A stretch of DNA of 62,465 nucleotides, the filler included, from Chiloscyllium plagiosum (lineage: Eukaryota): the NCBI RefSeq assembly GCF_004010195.1. It is 4 parts of one record of this genome, joined end to end, with 100 filler letters (N's around TTAATTAATTAA, not from the genome) between each part and the next. Parts side by side here need not be neighbours in the genome. Positions count along the whole stretch, not along the records: positions 43,574 to 52,180 come from NC_057716.1; positions 52,281 to 62,465 come from NC_057716.1; 2 more parts are not named here. The stretch is one strand, 5' to 3'. Made by a program: the position numbers and the translations under genes. Positions 51,151 through 62,465 of the stretch are shown here, one piece after another (position 1 is the stretch's first letter; each line of letters opens with the position of its first letter). The notes beneath the pieces were generated by a model. The model saw only the letters and a program-made list of their open reading frames with translations. It did no database searches and had not been told where the DNA came from.

Positions 51151-51892
51151 GACTGAATGCCTTGTGGGCTGTTTTGCTCGTGCTGCCAGGAAGCTTGGCA
51201 GAGATGTGCGAACCTTGAGAGTATTTAAAAGAAGAAAATATTCAATAGGATTGGTGAATTACAAGTGCAGATTGCTGTGCAGATGTTGTAATGATAACAG
51301 AAACAAGACTCATAAAAAGTGAGGATTAGATTTTAAACAATCCTGTGTACAAGGCATTCAGAAAAAACAGGAAAGAAAATAAAGGAGGGAGAAGTTTTAT
51401 ATTGGTTAAGGAACACGCTATAATGAAAAATGATGTCCCCAAGGTTTCAAGGACTGGAACTAAGGAACATAAAGGATGTAAATACATAGTCTGCAAACCT
51501 CTAACTAGTGGAAAATATGTAGAGGAACGCACATGCAAGAAAATTACAGAGAAGTGCAAACATCATAGTGTAGCTATACAGGGCGATCTTTAATTATCAA
51601 ATGTAGACTGGATAGTCGTAGTGTAAAGATTAGCTAGGGACAAGTATTCTGAGACTGTGATCAGAAGAATTTTGTGATGCAGTATATGTGCAGTCCCACT
51701 AGAATGGAGGCACTGCTAGATTGTTTTCTTGGGATCAAGGTGACCAAGTGGGGCAAATGTCAATGGGGAGCACTCAGGAGACAGTTATCATTGTATCAAA
51801 AGATTTAGGAAAAGAATGGTAAAGTACAAAGTACAATTCAGACTAAGAATGATTAACAACTGGCTTCAATGGGCAAGAATGGAGTTGAGCAT

Positions 51893-52180
51893 GTAGACAA
51901 TAGACAATAGACAATAGGTGCAGGAGTAGGCCATTCAGCCCTTCGAGCCTGCACCGCCATTCAATATAATCATGGCTGATCATTCCTAATCAGTCTCCTG
52001 TTCCTGCCTTATCTCCATAACCCTTGATTCCACTATCTTTGAGAGCTCTATCCAACTCCTTCTTAAATGAATCCAGAGAGTGGGCCTCCACTGCCCTCTG
52101 GGGCAGAGCATTCCACACAGCCACCACTCTCTGGGTGAAGAAGTTTCTCCTGAGCTCTGTCCTAAATGATCTACCCCGTA
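51893..52180 (-). mobile_element. CR1 3' end cut by a contig join
   Basis: (tagacaa)3 tail and FFTQRVVAVWNALP on the minus strand. Confidence 0.85.
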
Positions 52181-52280
52181 NNNNNNNNNNNNNNNNNNNN
52201 NNNNNNNNNNNNNNNNNNNNNNNNTTAATTAATTAANNNNNNNNNNNNNNNNNNNNNNNNNNNNNNNNNNNNNNNNNNNN
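52181..52280. other. Artificial scaffold spacer
   Basis: 44 N + TTAATTAATTAA + 44 N. Confidence 0.95.
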
Positions 52281-52789
52281 AGCCCCAACCCCTCGCCCCC
52301 ATCAACTCCCCCCACTCCAAACTGTGAACATTTCCAACATCACCCCCAACCCAACCCCGTACACACCCGTCCCCACTCTCCGGGTAGCTGGACTGAACAC
52401 TGACAACAAGACTGCTGCAGTTGCCTTTGTGGGATAAGTATCCAAATAGCACGCACGCACGCGCACACACACAGCCACTACTTTTACTGCAACTTTTTCA
52501 CTGGTTCCACCTTTGCCCTGTATAGGACAGTGTTGGAGAGATTATCTGGGGTAGGGTGGTTTAGAGTACACCCCTGTGTAGAACTCCATGGAAAGTGTGG
52601 GGAGAGAGAGAGAGGGTGGGCAGTTAGTCTTTTGGAGACAGTGCCTGTTTAATCACTGTACTGTAAACAAAATACGCGCTAACTTTTGGAAATATGTCTT
52701 TAATATGATGTTTCCATCAGGACCTCGAGATCTCCTTCGGACAATCTGATTTTCAGATAATTGCTATTCGGATAATCGAGGTTCCTCTG
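52281..52789. mobile_element. One end of a pogo/Tigger-like DNA transposon
   Basis: Ends ttcggataatcgaggttcctctg-TA, the reverse complement of a CAG.GGAACCTCGATTATCCGAA-type TIR. The other end is lost in the gap. Confidence 0.6.
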
Positions 52790-52791
52790 TA

Positions 52792-53428
52792 CTTTCCTTT
52801 ATTGGTCAAATCATTGAGTACAGGAGTTGGGAGGTCACATTGCAGCCGTACAAGATGTTGGTTAGGCCACTTTTGGAATATTGTGTGCAATTCTGGTCTC
52901 CTTCCGATCGGAAGAATGTTATGAGATTTGAAAAGGTTCAGAAAATATTTACTTTTTCTCAGGATGTTGCCAGGATCAGACGATTTGTGCTATCAGGAGA
53001 AGCTGGACAGGGTAGGGCTTATTTTCCCTAGAGTGTTGGAGGCTAAGGGGTGACCTTATAGAGGTTTATAAAATCATGAGGGGCATGGATAGGGTAAATA
53101 GACAAGGTTTTTTTCCTGGGGTGCGGGAGTCCAGAGCTGGAGGGCATAGGTTTAAGGTGAGAGGGAAAAGATTTAAAAGGGACCTAAGGGACAACTTTTT
53201 CATGCAGAGGGTGGAGTGTGTATGGAATGGGCTACCAGAGGAAGTGGTGGAAGCTGATACAATTACAACATTTAAAAAATGTTTGGACGGATATATGAAT
53301 AGGAAGGATTTTGAGGGATGTGGACTAACTGCTGGCAAATGGGATGAGATTAACTTAGGATACCTGTTCGGCATGGATGAGTCGGACTGAAGGATCTGTG
53401 TCCGTGCTGCACTTCTCTGTGACTCTGT
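52792..53428 (+). mobile_element. CR1 3' fragment
   Basis: LVRPLLEYCVQFWSP and VWNGLPEEVVEA motifs plus the 3' UTR. Confidence 0.88.
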
Positions 53429-53521
53429 GCCATTCAGAGATTCCTTGGCATGCTGTCTTTCTTTAACAAAGTTTAAAATCACACAACACCAGGTTATAGT
53501 CCAACAGGTTTAATTGGAAGC

Positions 53522-53558
53522 ACACTAGCTTTCGGAGCGACACTCCTTCATCAGGTGA
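53522..53558 (-). ncRNA. Minimal type I hammerhead ribozyme motif (family C)
   Basis: cac-CUGAUGA-a-ggag ugucg cucc-GAAAG-CUA-gug, with a palindromic AGCU stem III and a CUA triplet. The counterpart near 56976-57010 has core mutations. Confidence 0.75.
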
Positions 53559-56500
53559 TAGTGGAGGGCTCAATCCTAACACACAGAATTTATAGCAAAA
53601 ATTTACAGTGTGATGTAACTGAAATTATACATTGAAAAATTGACTGTCTGTTAAGCCTTTCATCTGTTAGAATACAGTGATAGTTTCACTTCTTTCATGT
53701 GTAAATCACAAAAACTTTTTTTAAAAAAGTTGCATTCTCGGGTTAGCTGTTAACAACGATGATAGCTAGACAGTATGTTGAAGGTGTTGGCCCTCTGTGT
53801 TCTCTGTCTATGCCATGATGTTTAGATTGATTCTAATCTAAAATGTGAGGTAACGGAGTTTTACATAAATTCCTGCAGTTTTTGAGTTCAGGGTTCTACA
53901 TGAATGCAAGGATCTCCAAGAAGATCGTACATCTCGACACAGACATCAAGTTTCTACAGGAATGCAGGCAAGCAGGAAAGATCCCAAAAGGATTACGGAT
54001 CATGAGCCCACTTAAGTCAACCTATAACACAGACTACACGGAGAGACTTTGCCACCGCACCTCTCATAAACTCCTCAATCATTTCATGCACCATCTCTAC
54101 ACCAGGTGCCACAACCTTGAAATTCAGATGAAGTCCACACTCTCAGTCTGCACTCAGGATGCATCAGTACAATTACGCGACATTGCCAAACAGACAAGGT
54201 GACAAAACTACACCACATACCTGCACGCCAAGAACAAAAAACTGGAGAAACTTGGCATTCTCACCAGTAATAGCAAAGCCCACCCTGGAACTATAGTAGA
54301 CAACATTATCACTGCGGAGAAGTCTATTATCAACTTATCGGACCACACCCTTCAACCGGAAGAGATTGAAGTCCTGAGTAGGGGTCTCAACTTCTGCCCC
54401 ATCACCAAAATGGACCCGTTGGTTCTCACAGCAGACACTGAGGAGTTCATCAGACGAATGAGACTCAGGGAATTATTTCAAGGTGCCAGCCGTGATCCCA
54501 ATGAGCCCACTGATGAACTGGAACAGTCATCACAGGGATCTGTAGAGGAGCGATCAAATAAGGTGTCAACTTGGACCCCACCGAAGGGCCGCTGCCCTGG
54601 CTTGACATGTATGCTCAAACCGTCAGGAAATCTATAAATGCCATAAGGTAGAGCAAAACATCACCCGTTCACAGCGCAATGCCATCCAGGCTCTCAAAAC
54701 CAAGCACAACATTGTCATCAAACCAGCAGATAAAGGAGGAGCCATTGTCATACAGCATAGAACAGATTACTGCAAGGAAATACCGACAACTGAACAACCA
54801 GGAACACTACAGGCAACTACCAGTTGATCCAACCAAAGAACACACCTGTGAATTAAACACACTGATCAGAACTTTGGATCCAGTCCTTCAGCGTTCCCTA
54901 CGCACCCTCATCCCACGTACTTCTCAAGTAGGTGACTTCTACTGCCTTCCAAAGGTACACAAAGCCAACACACCGGGACGTCCCATCATGTTAGGCAATG
55001 GGACCCTATGTGAGAATCTCTCCGGCTATGTGGAAGCCATCTTGAAACCTATTGTACAGGGGATCTCCAGAACAGGGGATCTCCAGCTTCTGTCACAACA
55101 CTACGGATTTCTTACAGAAACTCAGCACCCACGGACCAGTCGAACTGGGAACATTCCTCGTCACAATGGATGTTTCCGCACTCCACACCATCCCCCACAA
55201 TGACGGCATCGCGGCAACAGCCTCAGTACTCAACACCAACAACTGCCAGTCTCCAAACACCATCCTACAACTCATCCGCTTTATCCTTGATCACAACGTC
55301 TTCACCTTTGACAACCAGTTCTTCATCCAGACATACGGAACAGCCATGGGGACCAAATTTTCACCCCAATATGCCAACATTTTTATGCACAGGTTCGAAC
55401 AAGACTTCTTCTCTATGCAGGATCTCCAACCAACATTGTACACCAGGTACATTGACGACATTTTCTTCCTCTGGACCCATGGCGAGGAGTCACTGATAAA
55501 ACTACACAGTGACATCAAGTTTCATCCCACCATCGAACTCACCATGGACTACTCTCCACTATCTGTCTCATTCTTGGACACATGCGTCTCCATCAAGGAT
55601 GGACACCTTAGCACCACACTCTACTGCAAACCCACAGACCACTTCACAATGCTACACTTCTCCAGCTTCCACCCAAAACATATTAAAACAGCCATCCCCT
55701 ATGGACAAGTCCTATGCATACTCAGGATCTGCTCAGATGAGGAGGAACGTGACAGATACCTGGAAGTACTCAAGGATGCCCTCACAAGAACGGGGTACGA
55801 TTCTCAACTCATCGACCGCCAGTTCCGACGTGCCACAGCAAGGAACTGTAATGACCTCCTCAGGAGACAGACACATGCTGCAACTGACAGGGTACCCTTC
55901 GTTGTTCAGTACTTCCAAGGGGCTGAAAAATTACACCATGTTCTTCGTGACCTGCAACACATTATCAATGAAGATGAGCACCTCACCAAGACCTTCCCCA
56001 CACCTCCATTACTTGCCTTTAAACAACCGCCAAACCTCAAACAGATCGATGTTCGTAGCAAGCTGCCCGGCTTTCAGGACAACTCCATATAACCCTGTCA
56101 CGGTAGGCACTGCAATACGTGTCAGAGTGTGGACATAAATACCACCATTACGCGTGGGGGCACCTCCCATCTTGGCAGGTACTCATTTGACTCAGCCAAC
56201 TTTGTCTATCTTATATGTTGCAGGCAAGGATGCCTGGAGGCATGGTAACATTGGGGAAACCGAGCAAAGGCTACGACAACGGATGAATGGGCACCGCACA
56301 ACAATCAACAGACAGGAGGGTTCCCTCCCAGTTGGGGAACACTTCAGTGGTCCAGGACATTCAGCCTCGGACCTTCGGGTGACCATCCTCCAAAGGTGGA
56401 CTTCGGGACAGGCAGCAGAGAAAAGTGGCTGAGCAGAGGCTGATAGCTAAGTTCGGTACCCAAAGGGAGGGCCTCAACCGGGTCCTTGGGTTCATGTCAC

Positions 56501-56563
56501 ATTACAGGTGATCACCACTGCACTACACACACACACACAGATATTCCTACACACACACACTCT

Positions 56564-56673
56564 NNNNNNNNNNNNNNNNNNNNNNNNNNNNNNNNNNNNN
56601 NNNNNNNNNNNNNNNNNNNNNNNNNNNNNNNNNNNNNNNNNNNNNNNNNNNNNNNNNNNNNNNNNNNNNNNNN
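56564..56673. other. Assembly gap (N run) following a (CA)n-rich tract
   Basis: Uninterrupted Ns. Confidence 0.98.
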
Positions 56674-57899
56674 ATAGTGCAATGGTGGTCACCTGTAATG
56701 TGACATGAACATCATGGCATAGACAGAGAACACAGGGGGCCAACACCTTCAACATATTGTCTAGCTATCACCATTGTTAACAGCTAACCCGAGGAATGCA
56801 ACTTTTTTTAAAAAAAAGGTTTTGTCATTTACACGTGAAAGAAGTGAAACTATCACTGTATTCTAACAGATGAAAGGCTTAACAGACAATCAGTTTTTCA
56901 ATGTATAATTTCAGTTACATCACACTGTAAATTTTTGCTATAAATTCTGTGTGTTAGGATTGAGCCCTCCACTATCATCTGATGAAGGAGCGTCGCTCCA
57001 AAGGCCAGTGTGCTTCCAATTAAACCTGTTGGATTATAACCTGGTGTTGTGATTTTTAACTTTGTACACCCCTGCCCAACACCGGCAGCTCCAAAATCAT
57101 TTCTTTAACAACGTTGTGTTTTCATGCCAAGAGTGTTCCCACACTTTATTTTAGTTTTTGGACATAGATTCTGTCCACACCTGTAGCCTTTATTCATTTT
57201 CAGCAATCTGGTGGTCTTTTCAATATTGTGTCAAGTTGGGTTGTGCTGAGGTAGGTAGTATACTTTGGAATATGGTTGGCATCCCCATCAAGGATTGTGT
57301 CTCATTTGAAGAGATCTTGAAAAAAGCTCCTTGCACTAAGTGCTGTTCCTGTGCTGTGCAGTCTTATGTTCTTATTGGTGGTGATACTTGTTCATGAACA
57401 CTTGTGCTTGCGAATGAATGGCTCCTGTATCTCGTGGTTATTCTCATTAAATTAGTCTTGATGTTTCTTGGTAAAGAAGCCCAAAGCCGCCTCAGAACTG
57501 CTGTTTCTGATAGGTTTTAAGAAAGACCAGACAATGTGGACATTCTGTTGTTCCTTTGCATTAACTGCCATTAGGCTGTCTGTGAGGCACTCACTCTCTT
57601 TCTTTGCAGAGTGCTTGAGTCCATTGCTGTTAAATTTCCTGCTATAATGCTTCTACTGCTACTGCCAATGTTTGACAAGGCTGAGAGAGTTGCAAACCAG
57701 ATTAACCGATAATCAGCCCAACAGTTACTAGCTCATGTCATGTCATGGATGATGTGAATGTCTTTGGGACCCCTTGTTTGTCTATCAACTGACAGTTTCT
57801 GAAAAACAACTCCTCAAATTTGATTACCTTCAGAAATACATCATCCTCTGCCTGCTGCACATGCAAGCCATGGTTCTCACCAATGGAATCCCCATAGAC

Positions 57900-59790
57900 A
57901 CAACACATTGCAAACTAAGGTCAGTAAGCCTGTTTCATCATACCAATGCTGTCTTCCATCTTCCTTGTTGTGGCACCTCACCCCACACCCATGAATATTC
58001 CTGCTGGAATGGAGCTAATCTATAGGACAAATAGGAATCTGTTCAATCTGCACAACCTTCAGTCCAGAACCAAGGCCATCCTGATCTCTATTGTTGAGTT
58101 GCAGTACACAGACATCATTTCTGCATGACTACACTTAGAGGCTAAGCTCCAAACTCATGTTGATGCATTTATGGAGGCATCTGAGAGAATGCAGCAGAGA
58201 TGAAACATTTGGAAGATGAATGTCCTCTACCAGCCTGCATCCACTGTATAACCATGTCCCCAACTATCAAAATCCGAGGCAAGCCACTGGACAATGTGGA
58301 TCAACTCCTGTATCTTAGGAGCCACCTCTCAGACAAGACAGGCATCAATGATGAAATTCAATATTATCTCCAGTATGCCAGTCTTTGGCCATCTGGGGAG
58401 CACAGTATTTAAATACCTTAAGTATTTGGTCTACAGGATAGCAGTGTTACCAGCTACTCATATATGTTACAAACAAGGACAATATACAAGAGACCCCTCG
58501 ATTCAAATTCTGTGAGAAATATCACCAAACAAATCCTGCAAATTTGCTAGCATAGAACATAGAAAAATACAGCGCAGTACAGGCCCTTTGGCCCTCGATG
58601 TTGCGCCGATCCAAGCCCACCTAACCTACACTAGCCCACTATCCTCCATATGCCTATCCAATGCCCGTTTAAATGCCCGTAAAGAGGGAGAGTCCACCAC
58701 TGCTACTGGCAGGGCATTCCATGAACTCACGACTCGCTGAGTAAAGAACCTACCCCTAACATCTGTCCTATACCTACCCCCCCTTAATTTAAAGCTATGC
58801 CCCCTTGTAATAGCTGACTCCATACGAGGAAAAAGATTCTCACTGTCGACGCTATCTAAACCCCTAATCATCTTATACACCTCTATGAAGTCACCCCTAA
58901 ACCTTCTTTTCTCCAAGGACAACAACCCCAAGTGCCTCAGCCTTTCCTGATACGATCTTTCTACCATACCAGGCAACATCCTGGTGAACCTCCTCTGCAC
59001 CTGTTCCAGTGCCTCCACATCCTTCCTATAGTATGGCGACCAAACCTGCACACAATACTCCAGATGCGGCCGCACCAGAGTCTTATACAACTGCAACATG
59101 ACCTCAGGGCTCCGGAACTCAATTCCTCTACCAATAAAAGCCAGTACGCCATATGCCTTCTTCCCCGCACTATTTACCTGGGTGGCAACTTTCAGAGATC
59201 TGTGTACATGGACACCAAGATCTCTCTGCTCATCCACACTACCAGTATCTGACCATTAGCCCAGTACCCAGTCTTTTTGTTACTCTTAAAAGAGTATGAT
59301 AGACACTCCAATATGCCCAGTAGTGAAGTACTAGTTATGGTAAATCAACTATGTTTGGTGATCCATATCATTGACATGCCTGGCACAAGACTTCCAAAAC
59401 CAACTCTTTGTCCAAGCTTGATCACAGCAAAAAACTACAGGGAAGGCAAAGGAAATACTTCAAGGTCACCCTTAAAGCTTCCATGAAAAAATGCAATATC
59501 TTCTCCGACTCACAAAAATCTTTAGGCCAACATTGGACAAACTGGTGAAGCTTTTGGAATGGTGGCAAACGTTTTAAACATCTATGACAGGCCAGATTAA
59601 AGGCAAGTACAAACAGCAGCAGGCGAAAGCAAAACTTGAGCGTCCCTGTGACCTGCTCATCAAACACCACTTGCCTCAACTGTGACTGATGGATTGTACA
59701 AATCTAGCATTTGACTATTTAGTCACCTTAGGATCCGCAACAACAGAGTGGAAGAAGATTATCCTCAATCCTGAGGAATTGCCTCAAGAC
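57900..59790 (+). mobile_element. Decayed RTE (BovB-like) LINE, split by a CR1
   Basis: GMELIYRTNRNLFNLHNLQSRTK..VELQYTD and KPLDNVDQLLYLRSHLS..INDEIQ motifs. An inverted RTE-like piece (KHQD.FNEN) lies near 57110-57700. Confidence 0.65.
58548..59290 (-). mobile_element. CR1 3' fragment
   Basis: 203-aa open frame RDLGVHVHRSLK..LYKTLVRPHLEYC..FKRALDRHM. Confidence 0.92.
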
Positions 59791-60439
59791 TGGTATTCAA
59801 CAACAATTGTTGTGTTTTTGTGCAGCTTCTGTTTGAAAAAGAGAATCTGCCTTTCAGTGGAGAAGGCTGGCTGAACAATATTGCTCTGTGCAATGCTGCC
59901 TGGTGTGCTACTGAATGCTCAGACAGCCAGTATGACTCAGGCCAAAACTGTAATCGGGTAAATGAGGTGGCACCACCCAGTTTTGAATGCTACCAAAATC
60001 CATAACCACAGACAAAGACAGAAATTGAATTTCAAATCTCTTCTATATCTGGCGAGACTTTGCAAAGCACCTCTGTTCTGTCCATAAGAATAACCATGAC
60101 CTTCTAGTCACTTTATATTTCAGTACATCACTAATATTGCTGTCCTATGCCGTGCAGTGCTCCAGTGAAGCCCATTGCTGGCTAAAGGAGCAGTATCTTG
60201 TTTTCTGCTTCGGCACTTGACTGCCTTCAGGACTCAGCACTTGAGGTCAACAACTTCAGACCATTAACACTGTCTTCTATTTTCAGAGTTTTAGTCCTCT
60301 CTTTTGACCACCTCATCCGCACCCCATATCTTCTTTGCTTGGGTCTGCTCTCAGCAGAACTAGCCTGTTTCCTGCTTTGAACATCTATTCCTACAATTAT
60401 ATTTTCTTTTAAAAACCATTAGCACAGCCACATATTTTG

Positions 60440-60660
60440 ACTCTGAGCACCTTGGCCATCTGTTTCATTTGCTCCTCCTCCCTCTTTGCCAACAAAATAA
60501 AAGCCATAATTTTTCGATCCCTTCAGTTCTGAAGAAGAGACACATTGAACACAAAATGTTAACTCTGTTTCTCTTTCCACAAATGCTGCCACGCCTGCCG
60601 AGTTTCTCCAGCACTTTGTTTTTATTTCAGACCCCCAGTGTCCACAGTACTTTTATATGA
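60440..60660 (+). mobile_element. Old PLE terminal fragment with a decayed hammerhead
   Basis: agtt-CTGAAGA...AAAATGTT-aact followed by a family-A-like tail. A related inverted piece lies at 2340-2440. Confidence 0.5.
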
Positions 60661-61988
60661 AGTACTTTCATGTGGAAGAAAGAAAAGGCAAGGACCAGTT
60701 AGGATGAATTATTATTCAAGCAATGTAATGCATTTCTAGTCATCTGTTATGGTATAAACAAAGAGTAAAGAAGTTGATGCAGACTTAAATGATGGAAGAC
60801 AATAAGACCATATTATTGCCGACATTTTCCAGAATCCATTTTTAAATCATTATTCTGTTTTTATGTTTTATATTTACATCACAACTTTGTATTCATATTT
60901 ATGATGGAAACTACCTACATCTGGTTCTTCAGTAATCGGCTTGAAAGGACAATACACCTTGTGATCAGGAAAATGCTTCTGCTTTCAAATCTACAAATTC
61001 TAGAAACTTCTGTTTATACATCAACATTATCACTTCAATGAAACACAACATTAAAGGTAGCATACAAGTTTCAGTACTAAATATAAACAATATAGATTAA
61101 AGGCATTATGCATGTGGCAGGTATATTGACAATTTAGGTGCAGACATCAAGTAAGGAATTCCTGTAAAGTAATTTTTTCATCATTGACAATGTCTAAACT
61201 TAAAATGTACTATCTTTTTTATAGAGGCAACAAATGGCTTGTAAAATAGAATTAGGATTGCTCTTCACCAGTTAAACCAACCGTTGCTAAAGTATGAAAT
61301 GGCCCATCATATTTTCCATTCTTACTTTGTCATTTACAAAGCAACCATTTATATTATGTTGTGTTACTTGATGTACTTTGCACTTTGTTATAAGGCACAA
61401 TTACCTGTATATTCAGTGTTTCAGTTAAGTTTCAGGTATTTGTTCTTAGTTTTGTAGTCAACACCCTCAAAAAAACAAAACTTCTTCATGTGGGTAAATC
61501 GGAATACATTTACATCTTACACTTGCAGTGGATGAGATCTCCATTCTGGAATTCATTGCTAAGCTTCTCTAGTGCTTCTGCTGCTTAGAACAGATATAGG
61601 GATTTCAGTTGAGAATGTTGTGAAATGTCCACACTCAAATACTCATCTTCAGGTTCCAGCTATCGCTTGTTACATGGTGACCATCTAACGTCTACATGGG
61701 CAAATCATATTAGCACCAACATACCTACTTTAAGAAGTTGGAGCTACATATGTCTTTGCAAGTCCAGAAAGCATAATTACCATGCATGGTTTAAATGAAT
61801 ACCAGGGTCAGCTATAATTCAAGCTTCACTTTAGAACTCTGTTTTTGTTTAATTAATATGTCAATTAGAAATTTTCAGGAATTGTAGAACTGCTGTGCTC
61901 TTGGAAGAAATTTTCTCAAGTTAAATTTGTCCAGGAATGAGAAAAAAGCCAAATATATGGCGTAAGTATTATCAACTATCCTGAGTAT

Positions 61989-62465
61989 AGACCATAAGAC
62001 ATAGGAGCGGAAGTAAGGCCATTCAGCCCATCGAGTCCACTCCACCATTCAATCATGGCTGATGGGCATTTCAACTCCACTTACCCGCATTCTCCTCGTA
62101 GCCGTTAATTCCTTGTGACATCAAGAATTTATCAATCTCTGCCTTGAAGACATTCAGCGTCCCAGCCTCCACTGTACTCTGCGGCAATGAATTCTACAGG
62201 CCCACCACTCTCTGGCTGAAGAAATGTCTCCGCATTTCTGTTCTGAATTTACCCCCTCTAATTCTAAGGCTGTGTCCACGGGTCCTAGTCTCCTCGCCTA
62301 ACGGAAACAATTTCCTAGCGTCCACCCTCTCCAAGCCATGTATTATCTTGTAAGTTTCTATTAGATCTCCCCTTAATCTTCTAAACTCCAATGAATACAA
62401 TCCCAGGATCCTCAGCCGTTCCTCATATGTTAGACCTACCATTCCAGAGATCATCCGTGTGAATC
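61989..62465 (-). mobile_element. CR1 3' end (young family)
   Basis: Close reverse-complement match to 17660-18141. Confidence 0.92.

Larger units (their letters stand above)
53470..57099 (+). mobile_element. Near-complete Neptune-type Penelope-like element (family C) with inverted pseudo-LTRs
   Basis: Disrupted ORF at about 53890-56510 with IPKGL, LSRGLNFCP, KPADKGG, YCLPKVHK..GRPI, GTAMG, YTRYIDDIF, a Cys linker PCHGRHCNTC and GIY-YIG IGETEQRLRQRMNGH. 53470-53822 is the reverse complement of 56708-57064. 12-bp TSD tttctttaacaa at 53458-53469 and 57100-57111. Confidence 0.93.

Noticed and set aside
55052..56092. 346-aa RT ORF as a domesticated or telomerase-like gene
   Set aside because: It is part of a frameshifted PLE with terminal repeats and a TSD.
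60660..61988. AT-rich unique stretch as a possible further PKP4 exon
   Set aside because: I could not recognise any armadillo-like translation or splice-bounded ORF.

Overview
Eukaryotic, repeat-dense vertebrate DNA. The HE1/V-SINE, Deu-type SINE and CR1/Penelope repertoire points to a cartilaginous fish, probably a shark (inference). Only three host exons are supportable. Two are consecutive coding exons of ACVR1/ALK2 on the minus strand (start/signal-peptide exon 14943-15016 and ligand-binding exon 11162-11425). The third is an armadillo-repeat exon of PKP4 on the plus strand (40197-40410). The rest is mostly layered transposable elements: many CR1 LINEs (three near full length, nested several deep), Penelope-like elements (PLEs) of Neptune and Penelope/Poseidon type, Rex-Babar, RTE and L2 remnants, SINEs, Tc1/mariner-type elements and solo LTRs. 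Three 100-bp spacers (44N-TTAATTAATTAA-44N) are artificial contig joins, so gene spacing is unreliable. The most notable signal is a high density of minimal hammerhead-ribozyme motifs in at least three PLE families. These include about 200-bp fold-back mini-elements with their own target-site duplications and a 3.6-kb Neptune element with inverted termini. An unexplained LTR/gag-like relic with a 168-bp direct repeat lies at 30.5-32.45 kb. Hammerheads in PLEs are established biology, so I do not claim a wholly new system. Repeat boundaries were read by eye and are approximate unless a TSD or TIR is quoted.
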